From the NCBI GenBank assembly GCA_038205935.1, contig JBBRBK010000013.1, forward strand, positions 1 to 41,098: 41,098 bases of DNA, read 5' to 3'. The notes below the pieces were generated by a model. The model was given only the letters and a program-made list of their open reading frames with translations. It was not told where the DNA came from and did not search any database. Below are positions 10,926 through 21,571 of the stretch, piece after piece (the first letter of the stretch is position 1; each line of letters opens with the position of its first letter). Made by a program: the position numbers and the translations under genes. This stretch comes from Campylobacterales bacterium. GTDB taxonomy: Bacteria > Campylobacterota > Campylobacteria > Campylobacterales > Sulfurimonadaceae.

Positions 10926-11876
10926 TTAAAGACTAGAAGGTGTAGCAGCAGCCATAATCTCAGCTCGGTGCAGAAGTTCTTTTGCCCCTTTGCTTATCAT
11001 ATCTTGACCCATAATTCTGCCGATAGTTTTATAATCTGAAGTTTTTGCTATCGTGCTTTCACGTAAAATCTCAGTTCCATCAGGAAGACCTAAGATGACT
11101 TTAATTGAAACATCATCTCCATTGACAACCGCATTCACACCAATTGGAACTTGACAACCACCGTCAAGGGAGTCAACAAAATCTCGCTCAATTCTTGTAG
11201 CAATCATCGTCGCATCATCTTGTAGTCTTGCTACCATTGCTAAAACTTCTGGATCATTCACGGCTTCAATGCCTAATGCACCCTGACCCATAGATGGAAT
11301 CATCTCATCGAGGGAGATGTTATAAATATATTTAACAGACTCCCCAAAACCTAAACGATTGATTCCCGCAGATGCTAAGATAATCGCATCGAAATCTCCA
11401 TTTTGAAGTTTTTTAATACGTGTATCAACATTACCTCTAAGATCTTTGATAATCAAATCTGGGCGAAGCGCTTCTATCTGCATTCTACGTCTCAAAGATG
11501 ATGTTCCGACAACCGCACCCTCTGGAAGTGCGTCAATATTCTCATATTTCTCACTAAGTAGCGCATCTCTGGCATCTTCACGTTCAGTAATTGCACCTAA
11601 AACAAAACCCTCTGGAAGTTCTGTTGGAACATCTTTGAGTGAATGCACCGCAATTTGTGCTTCGCCTCTTTGCATCGCTTCTTCAAGTTCTTTTAAAAAT
11701 AACCCTTTTCCACCTATCTGAGAAAGTGCCTTATCTAAGATACGATCTCCCGTTGTGATTATGACTTTGAGTTCAACTTCAAGACCTGGATTTTGTGACT
11801 CTAAAACAGATTTGATATAGTTAGATTGCCATAATGCAAGCTGACTTCCACGAGTTGCGATTGTTAGTTTTTTCAT
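10926..11876 (-). CDS. hemC: hydroxymethylbilane synthase (porphobilinogen deaminase)
   Basis: ATRGSQLALWQ, GGKGLF, VHSLKD, GTSSLRR and GGCQVP motifs. Confidence 0.98.
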   Translation of the reverse strand: MKKLTIATRGSQLALWQSNYIKSVLESQNPGLEVELKVIITTGDRILDKALSQIGGKGLFLKELEEAMQRGEAQIAVHSLKDVPTELPEGFVLGAITEREDARDALLSEKYENIDALPEGAVVGTSSLRRRMQIEALRPDLIIKDLRGNVDTRIKKLQNGDFDAIILASAGINRLGFGESVKYIYNISLDEMIPSMGQGALGIEAVNDPEVLAMVARLQDDATMIATRIERDFVDSLDGGCQVPIGVNAVVNGDDVSIKVILGLPDGTEILRESTIAKTSDYKTIGRIMGQDMISKGAKELLHRAEIMAAATPSSL

Positions 11877-11879
11877 CAC

Positions 11880-12740
11880 TTAGTGTACCTTTACGCTTTT
11901 GTATTTAGTTTTTGCAGCATCTTTTTCTCCGTCAAAATATACACTTGGAGTGCCATTGACTAAAAGAGCACGGGCGATATCTTGACCTGCATTGTACTGA
12001 GCTTCTACTGCAGAAGAGTGGATAGCTTCTTTTGTGATCTTTTTGCCCACTGCAGCACTTACAATATCAAGTATTTTTTGTTCATCCGTTTCTCTTGGAT
12101 CTATTTTTAGATTATATATTTTAAAGATAGAATCTTTATCTCCACCCATCTCCATATAGATAGCTGCTCTACAGATCGTAGGTGAAGCTGGATGTAACCC
12201 TTCTAAAGGAAAATGATAGTAATACACTGCGAAATCTCTTGGATATTTTTTCATATATGCAATTGCACCAGGAACAAAGCTTTTACAAAATGGACATAAT
12301 GGATCTGAAAAAATTGCGACTTTATGCGTTGCATTTGCACTTCCGAACAAAAGGTTTTCTTTTGTATAAAAGCTATTTTGAAACTTTGGAGTCACTGTAT
12401 CATTGAGCTTTATACCTGTTTTCATATCAATAAGTTCAGTTGCTAAAATACCGTCTTTTACAAAATAGATAGAACTTTGAGAAATCTTTTTCTCATCATT
12501 ACCAACTTTTGCTTTACCATCAAAGGAGACAATATACGCTTGCCAGCCTTGTGGTTTATCCAAATCTTTTTTATCTACGACTTTTACATCAAGTGAGATA
12601 ATATTTGGATTACCTCCAATACTTTTCTTTAAAAAATCTACAACCTGCGCTGAATAATCCTGAGTTTTTGCATAAACTCCAACACTGAATAAACTACTTG
12701 TGAGTAATAGTGTCACTAATAACTTCGACATCGATAACAT
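11880..12740 (-). CDS. periplasmic thiol:disulfide oxidoreductase (DsbC/DsbG-like thioredoxin fold)
   Basis: Signal peptide, FSDPLCPFC (CxxC), HFPL and NGTP cis-Pro loop. Start uncertain (12731-12746); overlaps the fxsA 3' end. Confidence 0.82.
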   Translation of the reverse strand: MLSMSKLLVTLLLTSSLFSVGVYAKTQDYSAQVVDFLKKSIGGNPNIISLDVKVVDKKDLDKPQGWQAYIVSFDGKAKVGNDEKKISQSSIYFVKDGILATELIDMKTGIKLNDTVTPKFQNSFYTKENLLFGSANATHKVAIFSDPLCPFCKSFVPGAIAYMKKYPRDFAVYYYHFPLEGLHPASPTICRAAIYMEMGGDKDSIFKIYNLKIDPRETDEQKILDIVSAAVGKKITKEAIHSSAVEAQYNAGQDIARALLVNGTPSVYFDGEKDAAKTKYKSVKVH

Positions 12741-13116
12741 CATCATCCTTTTTTTTAAAATCATCTTGCGTTTTGTAATTTGTAGATTTTACATTATATT
12801 GATTAACAAACATCGATGTAATAACCGAAAATTGTAAAAGTATTCCTATTATATCTGTTAAAAAGCCTGGTAAAATGAGTAAAATTGCTCCAATGATCGT
12901 AAAGAGATTCAATTTTTGAAACTCTTTTAAATCGATACGCTGCATAGAAACTGCTTGAAGATTTTGCATAAATGTAGTGCGAAAATTCATGAGTATCGCT
13001 ATACCCACCATAGCTGAACCAATGATCTCAAAAAAAGTAGCCAGACCGCCAATATAGGAACTTATCTCTGTAGAGACAATTACTTCCAAGAAAAGGTATA
13101 TCAAAAAATAGAGCAC
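12694..13116 (-). CDS. fxsA: FxsA family membrane protein
   Basis: Hydrophobic protein with GAILLILPGFLTDIIG and C-terminal VIDVE motif. Confidence 0.88.
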   Translation of the reverse strand: MLYFLIYLFLEVIVSTEISSYIGGLATFFEIIGSAMVGIAILMNFRTTFMQNLQAVSMQRIDLKEFQKLNLFTIIGAILLILPGFLTDIIGILLQFSVITSMFVNQYNVKSTNYKTQDDFKKKDDDVIDVEVISDTITHK

Positions 13117-14816
13117 TAAATGCGATCCATAATGACATCTAAAATATCTTCTGCGTTTACATCTTCTTTACTTGAAGTTGCACGCTCAAAGATCTGAACC
13201 ATTCCATTTTCAAGCTCTTTACCGATCACTATCGTATATGGATAGCCGACAAGTTCAGCATCTTTCATCTTAAATCCAAAACGCTCTTTTCTATCATCCA
13301 AAACAACTTCCACGCGCTTCTCTTTTAGTTGTGCATAGAGTTTTTCACCAAGAGCGAGCTGTGCTTCATCTTTTACATTTGAAACCATCACATTCACCAT
13401 ATATGGTGCGCTCTCTTTTGTCCAGATACAACCATTTTCATCATGATGTTGTTCGATGATTGCGGCAACCAAGCGACTCACGCCCATTCCATAAGTTCCC
13501 ATGATAAAAGGTTCAGCCTGACCTTTTTCATTTAAAAACTCCGCTTTCAATGCTTTTGAATAGGTCGTGCCAAGTTTAAAGATATGCCCAACTTCGATCC
13601 CTTTTGTATATGAAAGTGTTCCATCACAATATGGACAGCCATCACCTTCTTTAACCTCGACGATATCAGCAAAAAATGCATCATTTAAAACTGACATATC
13701 CACACCAACAAAATGGTAATCTTTTTCATTCGCGCCACAGACCATATCTTTTGCTTCATACAAATCTGCATCTATGACATACTTGACTTTATCCTGATCA
13801 AGTGGTCCCATAAATCCAGCCACTAGTCCAATAGCAGAGAGTTCACTTTCATCTACATCAACTAAATCGATAGCTTTTGTCACACTCTGAGCTTTTTTCT
13901 CTTGCAAAGTATCGCATCCACGCAGGAAAAAGAGTGCTATTTCAGTTCTGTCTTCAAACACAAGACGTTTTGCAACAGCTTTTACAGTGTAATAAGGATC
14001 AATTTTTAGAAATTCACTCAAATCTTCTATGCTTTTAACATCTGGTGTTAAAAACTTATTGAACTGCGCTTGAGGAGCGGAAGGGATATCTAAACGCTCT
14101 GATCTTTTTGCTGCTTCGATATTTGCACCATATTCACATTTTGAACACACAGCAATCGTATCTTCGCCGCTATCTGCTAGTACCATAAGCTCTTTTGAAC
14201 CAGTTCCGCCAATCGCACCGCTGTCAGCTTCTACGATTCTAAAATTTAGTCCTAAACGCGTTAAAACTTTTTTGTAAGCTTCTTCAACAGCATTAAATTC
14301 ACGGTCAAGATCTTCTACATTTGAGTGAAAACTGTAGCCATCTTTCATCAAAAATTCTCGTCCGCGCATAAGTCCAAATCTCGGGCGCGCTTCATCACGA
14401 AACTTTGTTTTAATTTGATACAAATGTAATGGGAGTTGTTTGTAACTTGTCACTTTGTTACGAACGAGATTAACCATCATCTCTTCGTGCGTAGGTCCCA
14501 AAACAAAAAGATTCTCTTTTCTGTCTTTAAAACGTAAAAGCTCTTTTCCAAATTTCTCGATTCTACCGCTCTCTTGCCAAAGCTCAGCAGGTGTTACAAA
14601 GCTTAGTTCCACTTCCTGTGCGCCGATAGCTTCCATCTCTTCATTGACAATATTTTCTATTTTTTTTAAAACTCTTTTACCAAGAGGTAGAAAGTTATAC
14701 AAACCACTTGCAACTTGAGAGATAAATCCCGCGCGAGAAAGGAAAATATGGCTTGGAAGTGATGCATCTGATGGTGCTTCTTTTGTTGTTGGTAGATAGC
14801 AATTTGATAATCTCAT
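13116..14816 (-). CDS. proS: proline--tRNA ligase
   Basis: [33 protein letters not shown] and editing (INS) domain. Confidence 0.98.
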   Translation of the reverse strand: MRLSNCYLPTTKEAPSDASLPSHIFLSRAGFISQVASGLYNFLPLGKRVLKKIENIVNEEMEAIGAQEVELSFVTPAELWQESGRIEKFGKELLRFKDRKENLFVLGPTHEEMMVNLVRNKVTSYKQLPLHLYQIKTKFRDEARPRFGLMRGREFLMKDGYSFHSNVEDLDREFNAVEEAYKKVLTRLGLNFRIVEADSGAIGGTGSKELMVLADSGEDTIAVCSKCEYGANIEAAKRSERLDIPSAPQAQFNKFLTPDVKSIEDLSEFLKIDPYYTVKAVAKRLVFEDRTEIALFFLRGCDTLQEKKAQSVTKAIDLVDVDESELSAIGLVAGFMGPLDQDKVKYVIDADLYEAKDMVCGANEKDYHFVGVDMSVLNDAFFADIVEVKEGDGCPYCDGTLSYTKGIEVGHIFKLGTTYSKALKAEFLNEKGQAEPFIMGTYGMGVSRLVAAIIEQHHDENGCIWTKESAPYMVNVMVSNVKDEAQLALGEKLYAQLKEKRVEVVLDDRKERFGFKMKDAELVGYPYTIVIGKELENGMVQIFERATSSKEDVNAEDILDVIMDRI

Positions 14817-14822
14817 TTTCTT

Positions 14823-16109
14823 TTAACCCTTTATCGTATATTCACATTTGTATTTGTCTGGCAGTTTTGACTTATCTTCATTGAGTAAAAACTTGAGCGA
14901 TTCTATCATCGTATCAGCATTTGCTTCACCTGAAATTTGACGAATTTTATGAGTAATATCATGTAAAAATCTTTTGAGTACTTGCTGATTCATCTTCAAA
15001 ATTTCTTTTTCATACTCTTTTGGAATATATCCGTGAGAGATGACACGCTCCGTTTCTTTTTGTGCCGCTATTTGTGCATGTTCATAGATATCTTTAATCA
15101 ACGGCTCTACTGCAAGCGTTCTCAGCCATTCATAAAATTGCATTGTTTGACGACCTATGATCGCATAAGAACGTTTTGCTTCATCTTCGCGAATAGTAAT
15201 ATTTTCACTCACTATCGACTTCAAATCATCTATAACATAAAGATTGATATTTTCTCCATGAGAAAAACTGATATCACGAGGGAGCGCCATATCAAACCAG
15301 TAGCGCTTAAAATCACAGCTTTGTATTATGTTGTCGGTAATGATTGGTTCATTCGAAGATGTGGCAGTAAAAAGAATTTCATATTCATTGACCAACGTAG
15401 CAAGGTCAGAAAAATCTTTTACTTTTGCACCACAAGAGACTGCGAGTTCTTCAGCGTGTTTTCTTGTTCTATTTACAATATGCACCTCAACACCATTGGA
15501 AATAAGGTGTTTTGTAGTTATCTCAGACATTTCACCGACACCAATGACTAAAGCTTTTTTTCCTTCGAGATTTTTAAGAATATCGCGCAATTTTGCAACG
15601 GCGACACTTGCGATAGAAACCGGTTTTGAAGAGATATTTGTGAGATTTCTTATCTCTGCGGCACAGCGAAAAGCATAGTGCATCGCACGTGAGAGTTTTT
15701 GTCCACAGTAGCCATTATCATACGAAAAACGAAATGCATCTTTAAGCTGTCCTGCTATCTGAGTTTCGCCAACAACGAGTGAATCCAAAGAGGATGCAAC
15801 ACTAAAAAGATGATGAATGGCACCTTGGTCATCAAAGATATCCGCACGACCTTCGAGTTCTTCTATGTTTATATTGGAACGTTCGCTTAAAAGATGAAAA
15901 ATATGCTCAGTCGCACCCATAACACTTGTACAACTGACAAACACCTCAATTCTGTTACATGTAGAGATAAGAATACTTTCATTAATGGAGTTTGAAGCGT
16001 TGAGTTTTGTCAAACACTCTTTGATCTGCTCATCTCCCGAAAATGTGAGTTTTTCACGTATCTCAATCGTCGAGTTTTTATGTGTAAAACTTATTGTCAA
16101 ATAATGCAT
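14823..16109 (-). CDS. hemA: glutamyl-tRNA reductase
   Basis: STCNR catalytic motif, SLDSLVVGETQI and GVGEM. Confidence 0.97.
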   Translation of the reverse strand: MHYLTISFTHKNSTIEIREKLTFSGDEQIKECLTKLNASNSINESILISTCNRIEVFVSCTSVMGATEHIFHLLSERSNINIEELEGRADIFDDQGAIHHLFSVASSLDSLVVGETQIAGQLKDAFRFSYDNGYCGQKLSRAMHYAFRCAAEIRNLTNISSKPVSIASVAVAKLRDILKNLEGKKALVIGVGEMSEITTKHLISNGVEVHIVNRTRKHAEELAVSCGAKVKDFSDLATLVNEYEILFTATSSNEPIITDNIIQSCDFKRYWFDMALPRDISFSHGENINLYVIDDLKSIVSENITIREDEAKRSYAIIGRQTMQFYEWLRTLAVEPLIKDIYEHAQIAAQKETERVISHGYIPKEYEKEILKMNQQVLKRFLHDITHKIRQISGEANADTMIESLKFLLNEDKSKLPDKYKCEYTIKG

Positions 16110-16999
16110 CAGTAACTTCTTTTAATCATAGTATCTAGTATAGCAATCAACTCAGTATCACCATTGATTGCCGATTTTGCTTCATCTGAAAGCTTCACGG
16201 CCAAAGCAAAAGATTTTTCTACAGATTTAAACTCGGCCATTTTATCTTTTATCCAGAAAGTTTCATTTTCTGTTATTTTTTTAGCGTGCAAAGATAAGAG
16301 TTTACCTTTGCCATTTTCATCTAAAGAGTGATACAAGTAGATATAAGGAAGCGTGCATTTACCCTCTACAAAATCATTCATTGCAGGTTTGCCAAGTGTT
16401 TTTTCATCTGAAACGATATCTAAAATATCATCTATGATCTGAAATGAAAGCCCAAGATTTCTACCATAAAGCGCGTAAGCATCAACATCTTTCTTTGCTA
16501 AAAGAGCGGCTGCAGCTGCACTCGCTTCTATAAGTGAGGCGGTTTTAAGATAAAGCATATCAAGATAAATCTTTTCATCAGAATTAAAACTTTTTGCCAA
16601 AGCAACATCCTGCATCTCTCCGATAGACAAGGCAGTAACAGCCGATGATATACGAGATGCAATTGCTTTATCAAAAAACACTAATGATGAAAATGCTTTT
16701 GAATAAAGAATATCTCCAAGCATAATCGCTGTTTTGCTCCCCTCAGTCGCATTCACTGAAGCAGTTCCTCGTCTAAGCGAGGCATCATCAATCACATCAT
16801 CATGCAAGAGACTCGCAGCATGGATCAGCTCAACAATGGCCGCAAGAGTTAAAGATTCTTTTTGCTGCGATGCAATTTTAAAGATAAGTTTAGCGCGTAA
16901 ACGTTTTCCTCCAGAGAGAGTCGAAAAAAGACGAGTAACCTCATCATAATTGATCTCTTGGAGTAGTCTTCGTATCTCTTCTTCTACTTTTTCTATCAT
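16109..16999 (-). CDS. ispB: polyprenyl diphosphate synthase (IspB type)
   Basis: GGKRLR, first DDxxD (HDDVID), second DDxxD (IDDILD), GKCTLP. Confidence 0.9.
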   Translation of the reverse strand: MIEKVEEEIRRLLQEINYDEVTRLFSTLSGGKRLRAKLIFKIASQQKESLTLAAIVELIHAASLLHDDVIDDASLRRGTASVNATEGSKTAIMLGDILYSKAFSSLVFFDKAIASRISSAVTALSIGEMQDVALAKSFNSDEKIYLDMLYLKTASLIEASAAAAALLAKKDVDAYALYGRNLGLSFQIIDDILDIVSDEKTLGKPAMNDFVEGKCTLPYIYLYHSLDENGKGKLLSLHAKKITENETFWIKDKMAEFKSVEKSFALAVKLSDEAKSAINGDTELIAILDTMIKRSY

Positions 17000-17424
17000 G
17001 CCTTTGACGTTTCCTTCTGGGGTTGCGTAAATTCTATTTGCTCTTTTTTATCAAATAAGAAAAGATCAAAAGTTGCTTCTTGCGTATTAGTATCAAATTT
17101 TACAAATTTGACAATAATATATGGCAACCAGCGTCTTGCTTGTGAAATTGGTCTTAATTCAATACGAATCGACTGATTAACATGGTTCATATAAAGCACA
17201 TGCTGAGAATTAAAACGATCGTAATTAGTTTTTACAACCAACCCGCTGTTTTGATAAAGAGTCCAGTTAAATCTGAACTCTTTTTTTATCTCACCGTATT
17301 TTACAAGAAATTTTTCTGTTTTATCCTTTTTTAACACTATTGTCTGCTTCATTCTATATTCTTGTGCATAAATCGAAACATTCAAGAAAAAGAGCAATAA
17401 AAAGAAAGAAAAAAACCTCTTCAC
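16996..17424 (-). CDS. conserved exported hypothetical protein
   Basis: GTG start, signal peptide, RFNWTLY motif; same position between DUF2018 and ispB as in other Campylobacterota. Confidence 0.7.
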   Translation of the reverse strand: MKRFFSFFLLLFFLNVSIYAQEYRMKQTIVLKKDKTEKFLVKYGEIKKEFRFNWTLYQNSGLVVKTNYDRFNSQHVLYMNHVNQSIRIELRPISQARRWLPYIIVKFVKFDTNTQEATFDLFLFDKKEQIEFTQPQKETSKA

Positions 17425-17430
17425 CTTTTT

Positions 17431-17712
17431 TTACTCACATTGAGTTAAAACATTTCCCATACTCTCTATGTAAAGACTTTTTACTTTTGTCTCAATCGCA
17501 TCTTTGTTTTCCCATGCATATTGAGATATTGTTTTTTCAAAAGCTTCTACATCTTCAATATTGAGCATCATTTCTAAAATAGCCATACGTTCCATAATAC
17601 GTTCGAGTTCAAACTCTGCAACACCACGATTTGCATTAAAAACTACATCCAAAAATTTACTTTTTGGAGAACCCATAAAGATATCATCTTCATCTTCAAA
17701 TATATTGTACAT
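17431..17712 (-). CDS. DUF2018 family protein (H. pylori HP0242-like)
   Basis: DIFMGSPKSKFLDVVFNA...IESMGNVLTQCE resembles HP0242; first gene of the heme/ispB operon. Confidence 0.82.
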   Translation of the reverse strand: MYNIFEDEDDIFMGSPKSKFLDVVFNANRGVAEFELERIMERMAILEMMLNIEDVEAFEKTISQYAWENKDAIETKVKSLYIESMGNVLTQCE

Positions 17713-17743
17713 GTAAACATCCGTTTCAAAATAAAATTTGCCG

Positions 17744-17752
17744 ATTATAGCA
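17744..17752 (-). promoter_or_regulatory. extended -10 sigma70 promoter (TGCTATAAT) for the DUF2018-ispB-hemA operon
   Basis: Perfect TGnTATAAT about 31 nt upstream of ATG 17712. Confidence 0.7.
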
Positions 17753-17807
17753 CTGAGATAATATAGTAATCCTTACATGTAAAGGACTTTTAAATGACTT
17801 TAAAATT

Positions 17808-18086
17808 TTAAAAGATAGTGTCAACTACCTGATTTTTAAACTTCATCGTTTCTACTTTTGAACTGATAATTTCGTTTTCTTCTTTAAGAGAATCATATTC
17901 ACGTTTAAGCTTTGCTATTTCTCTACTTTTATAGTAGATCTCATGTTGTAAAAACATCTTTGGAAAAATCACTACAAAGACGAAAGCCACTATGAGAAAA
18001 AAGTGCAATAAAAACTTTGCATCCAGCTCTTTTTTTTCTCTATTTAACGATGAAAGCTCATCGAGCATCTGATTTTTTTCGTTCAT
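17808..18086 (-). CDS. FtsL-like cell division protein (single TM plus coiled coil)
   Basis: Directly downstream of and overlapping rsmH; TM helix then IYYKSREI...LKEEN coiled coil. Confidence 0.7.
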   Translation of the reverse strand: MNEKNQMLDELSSLNREKKELDAKFLLHFFLIVAFVFVVIFPKMFLQHEIYYKSREIAKLKREYDSLKEENEIISSKVETMKFKNQVVDTIF

Positions 18087-19006
18087 CTTTTTATCTTAAA
18101 TACACGTAATTTTGCACTACGGCTTCTTGGATTTTGTTTTAATTCATCATTTTGTGCTGTGAGTGGCTTTTTAAATTTTGCTTTACCGATTGCATTATCT
18201 CTACTACATGTACATCTGTAAGCTTCTGGTGGACAAATACAGTTTTGTGCCCAGAGAGTAAATCTTTGCTTCACAATTCGATCTTCAAGTGAATGAAAGG
18301 AGATAATCGCCACATCGGTATCAATCAAACCAATATTTTGTATCTCATCTAAAAGTGTATTTAATTCTCCTAGTTCGTCATTGACTTCAATACGAATAGC
18401 TTGCATCAAGAGAGTTGCCGGATGAATCTTTTTGCCGTGAGGTAAAAGATGTTGTAATTTGTCGCTTAATTCTTTTGCAGAGTGAAAAGGACGGTTCGCG
18501 GATATAAAAGCGGCAACTTGTTTATAGTTTCGCATCTCACCGTAATCTCTTAGAACTCTTTGGAGATCGACAACAGAATAATTGTTAATGACATCAGAAG
18601 CACTTAGAGGTGCGTCTTTATCCATTCTCATGTCAAGATTCTCACTCGCGTATGAAAAGCCTCGCTCTTTTTGGTCAAGCTGCAAGGATGAAACTCCAAT
18701 ATCTGCTAAGATACCTTTAATTTGTGAGAGATCATTCTCTTGTAAAATCTCTTTGATGACTTTAGAAAAACGCCCTTTTTTAATCTCGACTCTCTCTTTA
18801 AAAGGTTCAAGTCTCTTAGTAGAAAACTCTATAGCCGTCTGATCTTGATCAATCCCTATGAGTTTAATGTTTGGTTTATTTTCTAAAAGCAGTGAAGAGT
18901 GTCCGCCATATCCCATAGTACAATCAATGATAATTCCACTTTCTACATCATCAAAAGCTTCTAAGACTTCACGATACAAAACCGGAATATGCGGAATATC
19001 TTGCAT
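18083..19006 (-). CDS. rsmH: 16S rRNA m4C1402 methyltransferase
   Basis: HIPVL, DCTMGYGGHS, DIGVSSLQLD, ISFHSLEDR and NPRSRSAKLR motifs. Confidence 0.97.
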   Translation of the reverse strand: MQDIPHIPVLYREVLEAFDDVESGIIIDCTMGYGGHSSLLLENKPNIKLIGIDQDQTAIEFSTKRLEPFKERVEIKKGRFSKVIKEILQENDLSQIKGILADIGVSSLQLDQKERGFSYASENLDMRMDKDAPLSASDVINNYSVVDLQRVLRDYGEMRNYKQVAAFISANRPFHSAKELSDKLQHLLPHGKKIHPATLLMQAIRIEVNDELGELNTLLDEIQNIGLIDTDVAIISFHSLEDRIVKQRFTLWAQNCICPPEAYRCTCSRDNAIGKAKFKKPLTAQNDELKQNPRSRSAKLRVFKIKR

Positions 19007-19046
19007 AAATAACAAACCTTTATTTTTCTTTGAGGTCGAATTATAT

Positions 19047-19913
19047 CTAATTCGAAATAAACTTCATAAAATCATCCACTAACATACTGCTTTTTTTATC
19101 TTTTCTCATAATGAGAATAAAATCGCGTTTAAATTCATATCCGCGGATAGGAAGTTCAAATAGAGAACCCTCTTTTAGCTCTTGTAGAACTGAGATGCGA
19201 GGAAGACAGCTAATATAATTTGAACTCAGTTTTAAAAACTTTTTGATGGTTTCAGTGTGGTCAAATTCCATATAAATATTGACACTCTCTGGAGATATAG
19301 CGTTCAAAAATGTTGATCTTGTGCCTGAACCTACTTCTCTCATAATCCACTGCATCGTTGCGAGCGTATCTATAAAATGTTCTTCTTCCTTGGCGAGATC
19401 TTGATTTGCGGTAACAACAACAAGTTCATCCGAAGCGATCTTCTTACATGTAAGCATCTCATCATTGCACTTATCCTCTATAAAACCAATATCGTAAGCA
19501 CCCTCTTTTATAAAACGAATAACATCGTTAGTATTGGTAGATTTTAGAGAGAATTTTACGTTTTGATGTATTTTATTATATTCATCAATATATTTGGGCA
19601 TAAGATAGTTCGCTATTGTTACACTTGCACACAATCTCAGATTTCCTTCGATTTTTTGAGAGGAAAAATTCGTATATACTTTTTGCAAAGCATCTACATG
19701 TAAGGAAACCTGTTCTAAAAAAAGTATGCCTCTCTCATTGAGCGTCAAACGTTTTCCAATGCGTTCGAAAAGTTTTTCACCAACTATCTTTTCAAGTTCT
19801 TTTATCGACATAGAGATGGCAGACTGGCTCATTTGGAACTCAGATGCTACTTCTATCACTTTTTGTTTCTGTGCTAAGGAGATAAATACTTCAAGCTGTT
19901 TGAGTGTGAACAT
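19047..19913 (-). CDS. LysR-family transcriptional regulator (CysL/YeiE-like)
   Basis: TLKQLEVF...SQSAISMSIKELE...LFER HTH and REVGSGTR motif; divergent from sorA. Confidence 0.9.
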   Translation of the reverse strand: MFTLKQLEVFISLAQKQKVIEVASEFQMSQSAISMSIKELEKIVGEKLFERIGKRLTLNERGILFLEQVSLHVDALQKVYTNFSSQKIEGNLRLCASVTIANYLMPKYIDEYNKIHQNVKFSLKSTNTNDVIRFIKEGAYDIGFIEDKCNDEMLTCKKIASDELVVVTANQDLAKEEEHFIDTLATMQWIMREVGSGTRSTFLNAISPESVNIYMEFDHTETIKKFLKLSSNYISCLPRISVLQELKEGSLFELPIRGYEFKRDFILIMRKDKKSSMLVDDFMKFISN

Positions 19914-20035
19914 TACTTTTCCTTTATAACTTTTACAATTATATACAAAAAAATTGAATATTAAGATTAATAAACTAATATATAGAGTAACACTATTTTA
20001 TGATAAACTTCCAAAAAAAGAAGGAGCATACGCTT

Positions 20036-21241
20036 ATGAAAAGAAGAGATTTCTTTAAAACTGCTGCTGTTATGGGAGCCGCAACTCTTGGTAGTAGCGC
20101 TTTTGGCAGTGAAGTTAAAATACAACAGCCAATCGATAATAGACCTATATCTAAATTTAATTTTCCCGAAAAGAGACCGATGATCACGCATTCAGATCGT
20201 CCACCACTTTTAGAATCTACTCGTGATGTTTTCACTCAAGCAATCACTCCAAATGATGAGTTTTTCGTCAGATGGCACATGCCTGAGATTCCTACATACA
20301 CTGATCCTGACAAATTCACTATCAGTGTCAACGGACTCGTACAAAAAGAGTATGTTATTTCCCTTAAAGATTTGAAAAATGATTTTGAGCAAGTGGAAGT
20401 TACTGCTGTTTTACAGTGTGGTGGAAACAGTCGTTCAGCATTTTTACCTACGACTGGCGGTGTTCTATGGGGCAGCGGCGCTATGGGCTGTGCAAAATGG
20501 AAAGGTGTACGTTTAAGTGATCTTCTTCATAGAGCAGGACTTAAAGAAGGAGCTCAGTGGATAGGATTTAACGGTATGGAAACTGCTGCTTATTACAAAA
20601 CTCCGGGCTTTGTACGTGAACTTCATCTTAATGAACTTGATGATCATGTTATTGTTGCTTATCAAATGAATGGGGAAGATCTTCCATATCTTAACGGTTA
20701 TCCGGTACGTCTTATCCTTCCAGGATATTATTCAGATAGCTGGGTTAAAATGCTTAAAAATATCACAGTAACTAGTGAATATCAGCACCATTTCTTTATG
20801 GATGAAGCTTACCGTGTTCCAGACAATGCGACAGAAAGCGAAATGCCAGATCATTTAGCTAAAAAGACAAAACCGATTACGAAAATGAATATTAAGTCTG
20901 TTATTGGTTTTCCAGAGGACAATTCTACAATTGCTATGAATTCACAACTTGTAGTTCGCGGTGTTGCTTTTGACAGTGGTATTGGTATCAAAGATGTTCT
21001 TATCTCTTTGGATGGCGGTAAAACATGGGAAGCTTCAATACTTGATAATGAGGCACGTGGACGTTATGCATATAGAGCATTTAGATTTAGCTTTAAACCA
21101 AAAACACTTGGTAAATTGGAAATTATGGCAAAAGCTGTAGACAAATTTGGTCATGAACAACCTTTTGCCAAAAATGTTTTATGGAACCGTGGCGGCTACA
21201 AGTATAACGGCATAGACGTTGTAACTGTAGAAGTCGTATAA
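20036..21241 (+). CDS. sorA: sulfite:cytochrome c oxidoreductase, molybdopterin subunit (sulfite oxidase family), Tat-exported
   Basis: MKRRDFFK twin-arginine signal after AAGGAG SD; FFVRWH, LQCGGNSR (Mo-ligating Cys), NGYPVRL..PG, WVK, C-terminal dimerisation domain. Confidence 0.88.
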   Translation: MKRRDFFKTAAVMGAATLGSSAFGSEVKIQQPIDNRPISKFNFPEKRPMITHSDRPPLLESTRDVFTQAITPNDEFFVRWHMPEIPTYTDPDKFTISVNGLVQKEYVISLKDLKNDFEQVEVTAVLQCGGNSRSAFLPTTGGVLWGSGAMGCAKWKGVRLSDLLHRAGLKEGAQWIGFNGMETAAYYKTPGFVRELHLNELDDHVIVAYQMNGEDLPYLNGYPVRLILPGYYSDSWVKMLKNITVTSEYQHHFFMDEAYRVPDNATESEMPDHLAKKTKPITKMNIKSVIGFPEDNSTIAMNSQLVVRGVAFDSGIGIKDVLISLDGGKTWEASILDNEARGRYAYRAFRFSFKPKTLGKLEIMAKAVDKFGHEQPFAKNVLWNRGGYKYNGIDVVTVEVV

Positions 21242-21252
21242 AAGGAGATAAG

Positions 21253-21555
21253 ATGACAAAAATTATACTAATAGCACTTTTAGCTTTAACACCACTCTTT
21301 GCACAAGTGAAAGAAAATATAGAAGTTCCATACGTTGAATATCCAATCAAAATGGGTAAAGGTTTTGATCAGGTCAATGGAAACTGCCTCATGTGTCACT
21401 CTTTTGGATATATTCTTAATCAAGGGCCACAATCTCGCGCTTTTTGGAAAGCTAAAATTCATAAAATGATAGACGCATTTAAAGCACCTATCTCTGATGA
21501 AGATGCAAAAACTGTTGAAGATTATTTAGCTACTTATTACGGAAACGGTAAATAG
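21253..21555 (+). CDS. sorB: monoheme cytochrome c subunit of sulfite dehydrogenase
   Basis: Signal peptide, NCLMCHS, W...KM...F.API pattern; 11 nt after sorA. Confidence 0.85.
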   Translation: MTKIILIALLALTPLFAQVKENIEVPYVEYPIKMGKGFDQVNGNCLMCHSFGYILNQGPQSRAFWKAKIHKMIDAFKAPISDEDAKTVEDYLATYYGNGK

Positions 21556-21571
21556 TTTTCAACCCTCTCTA

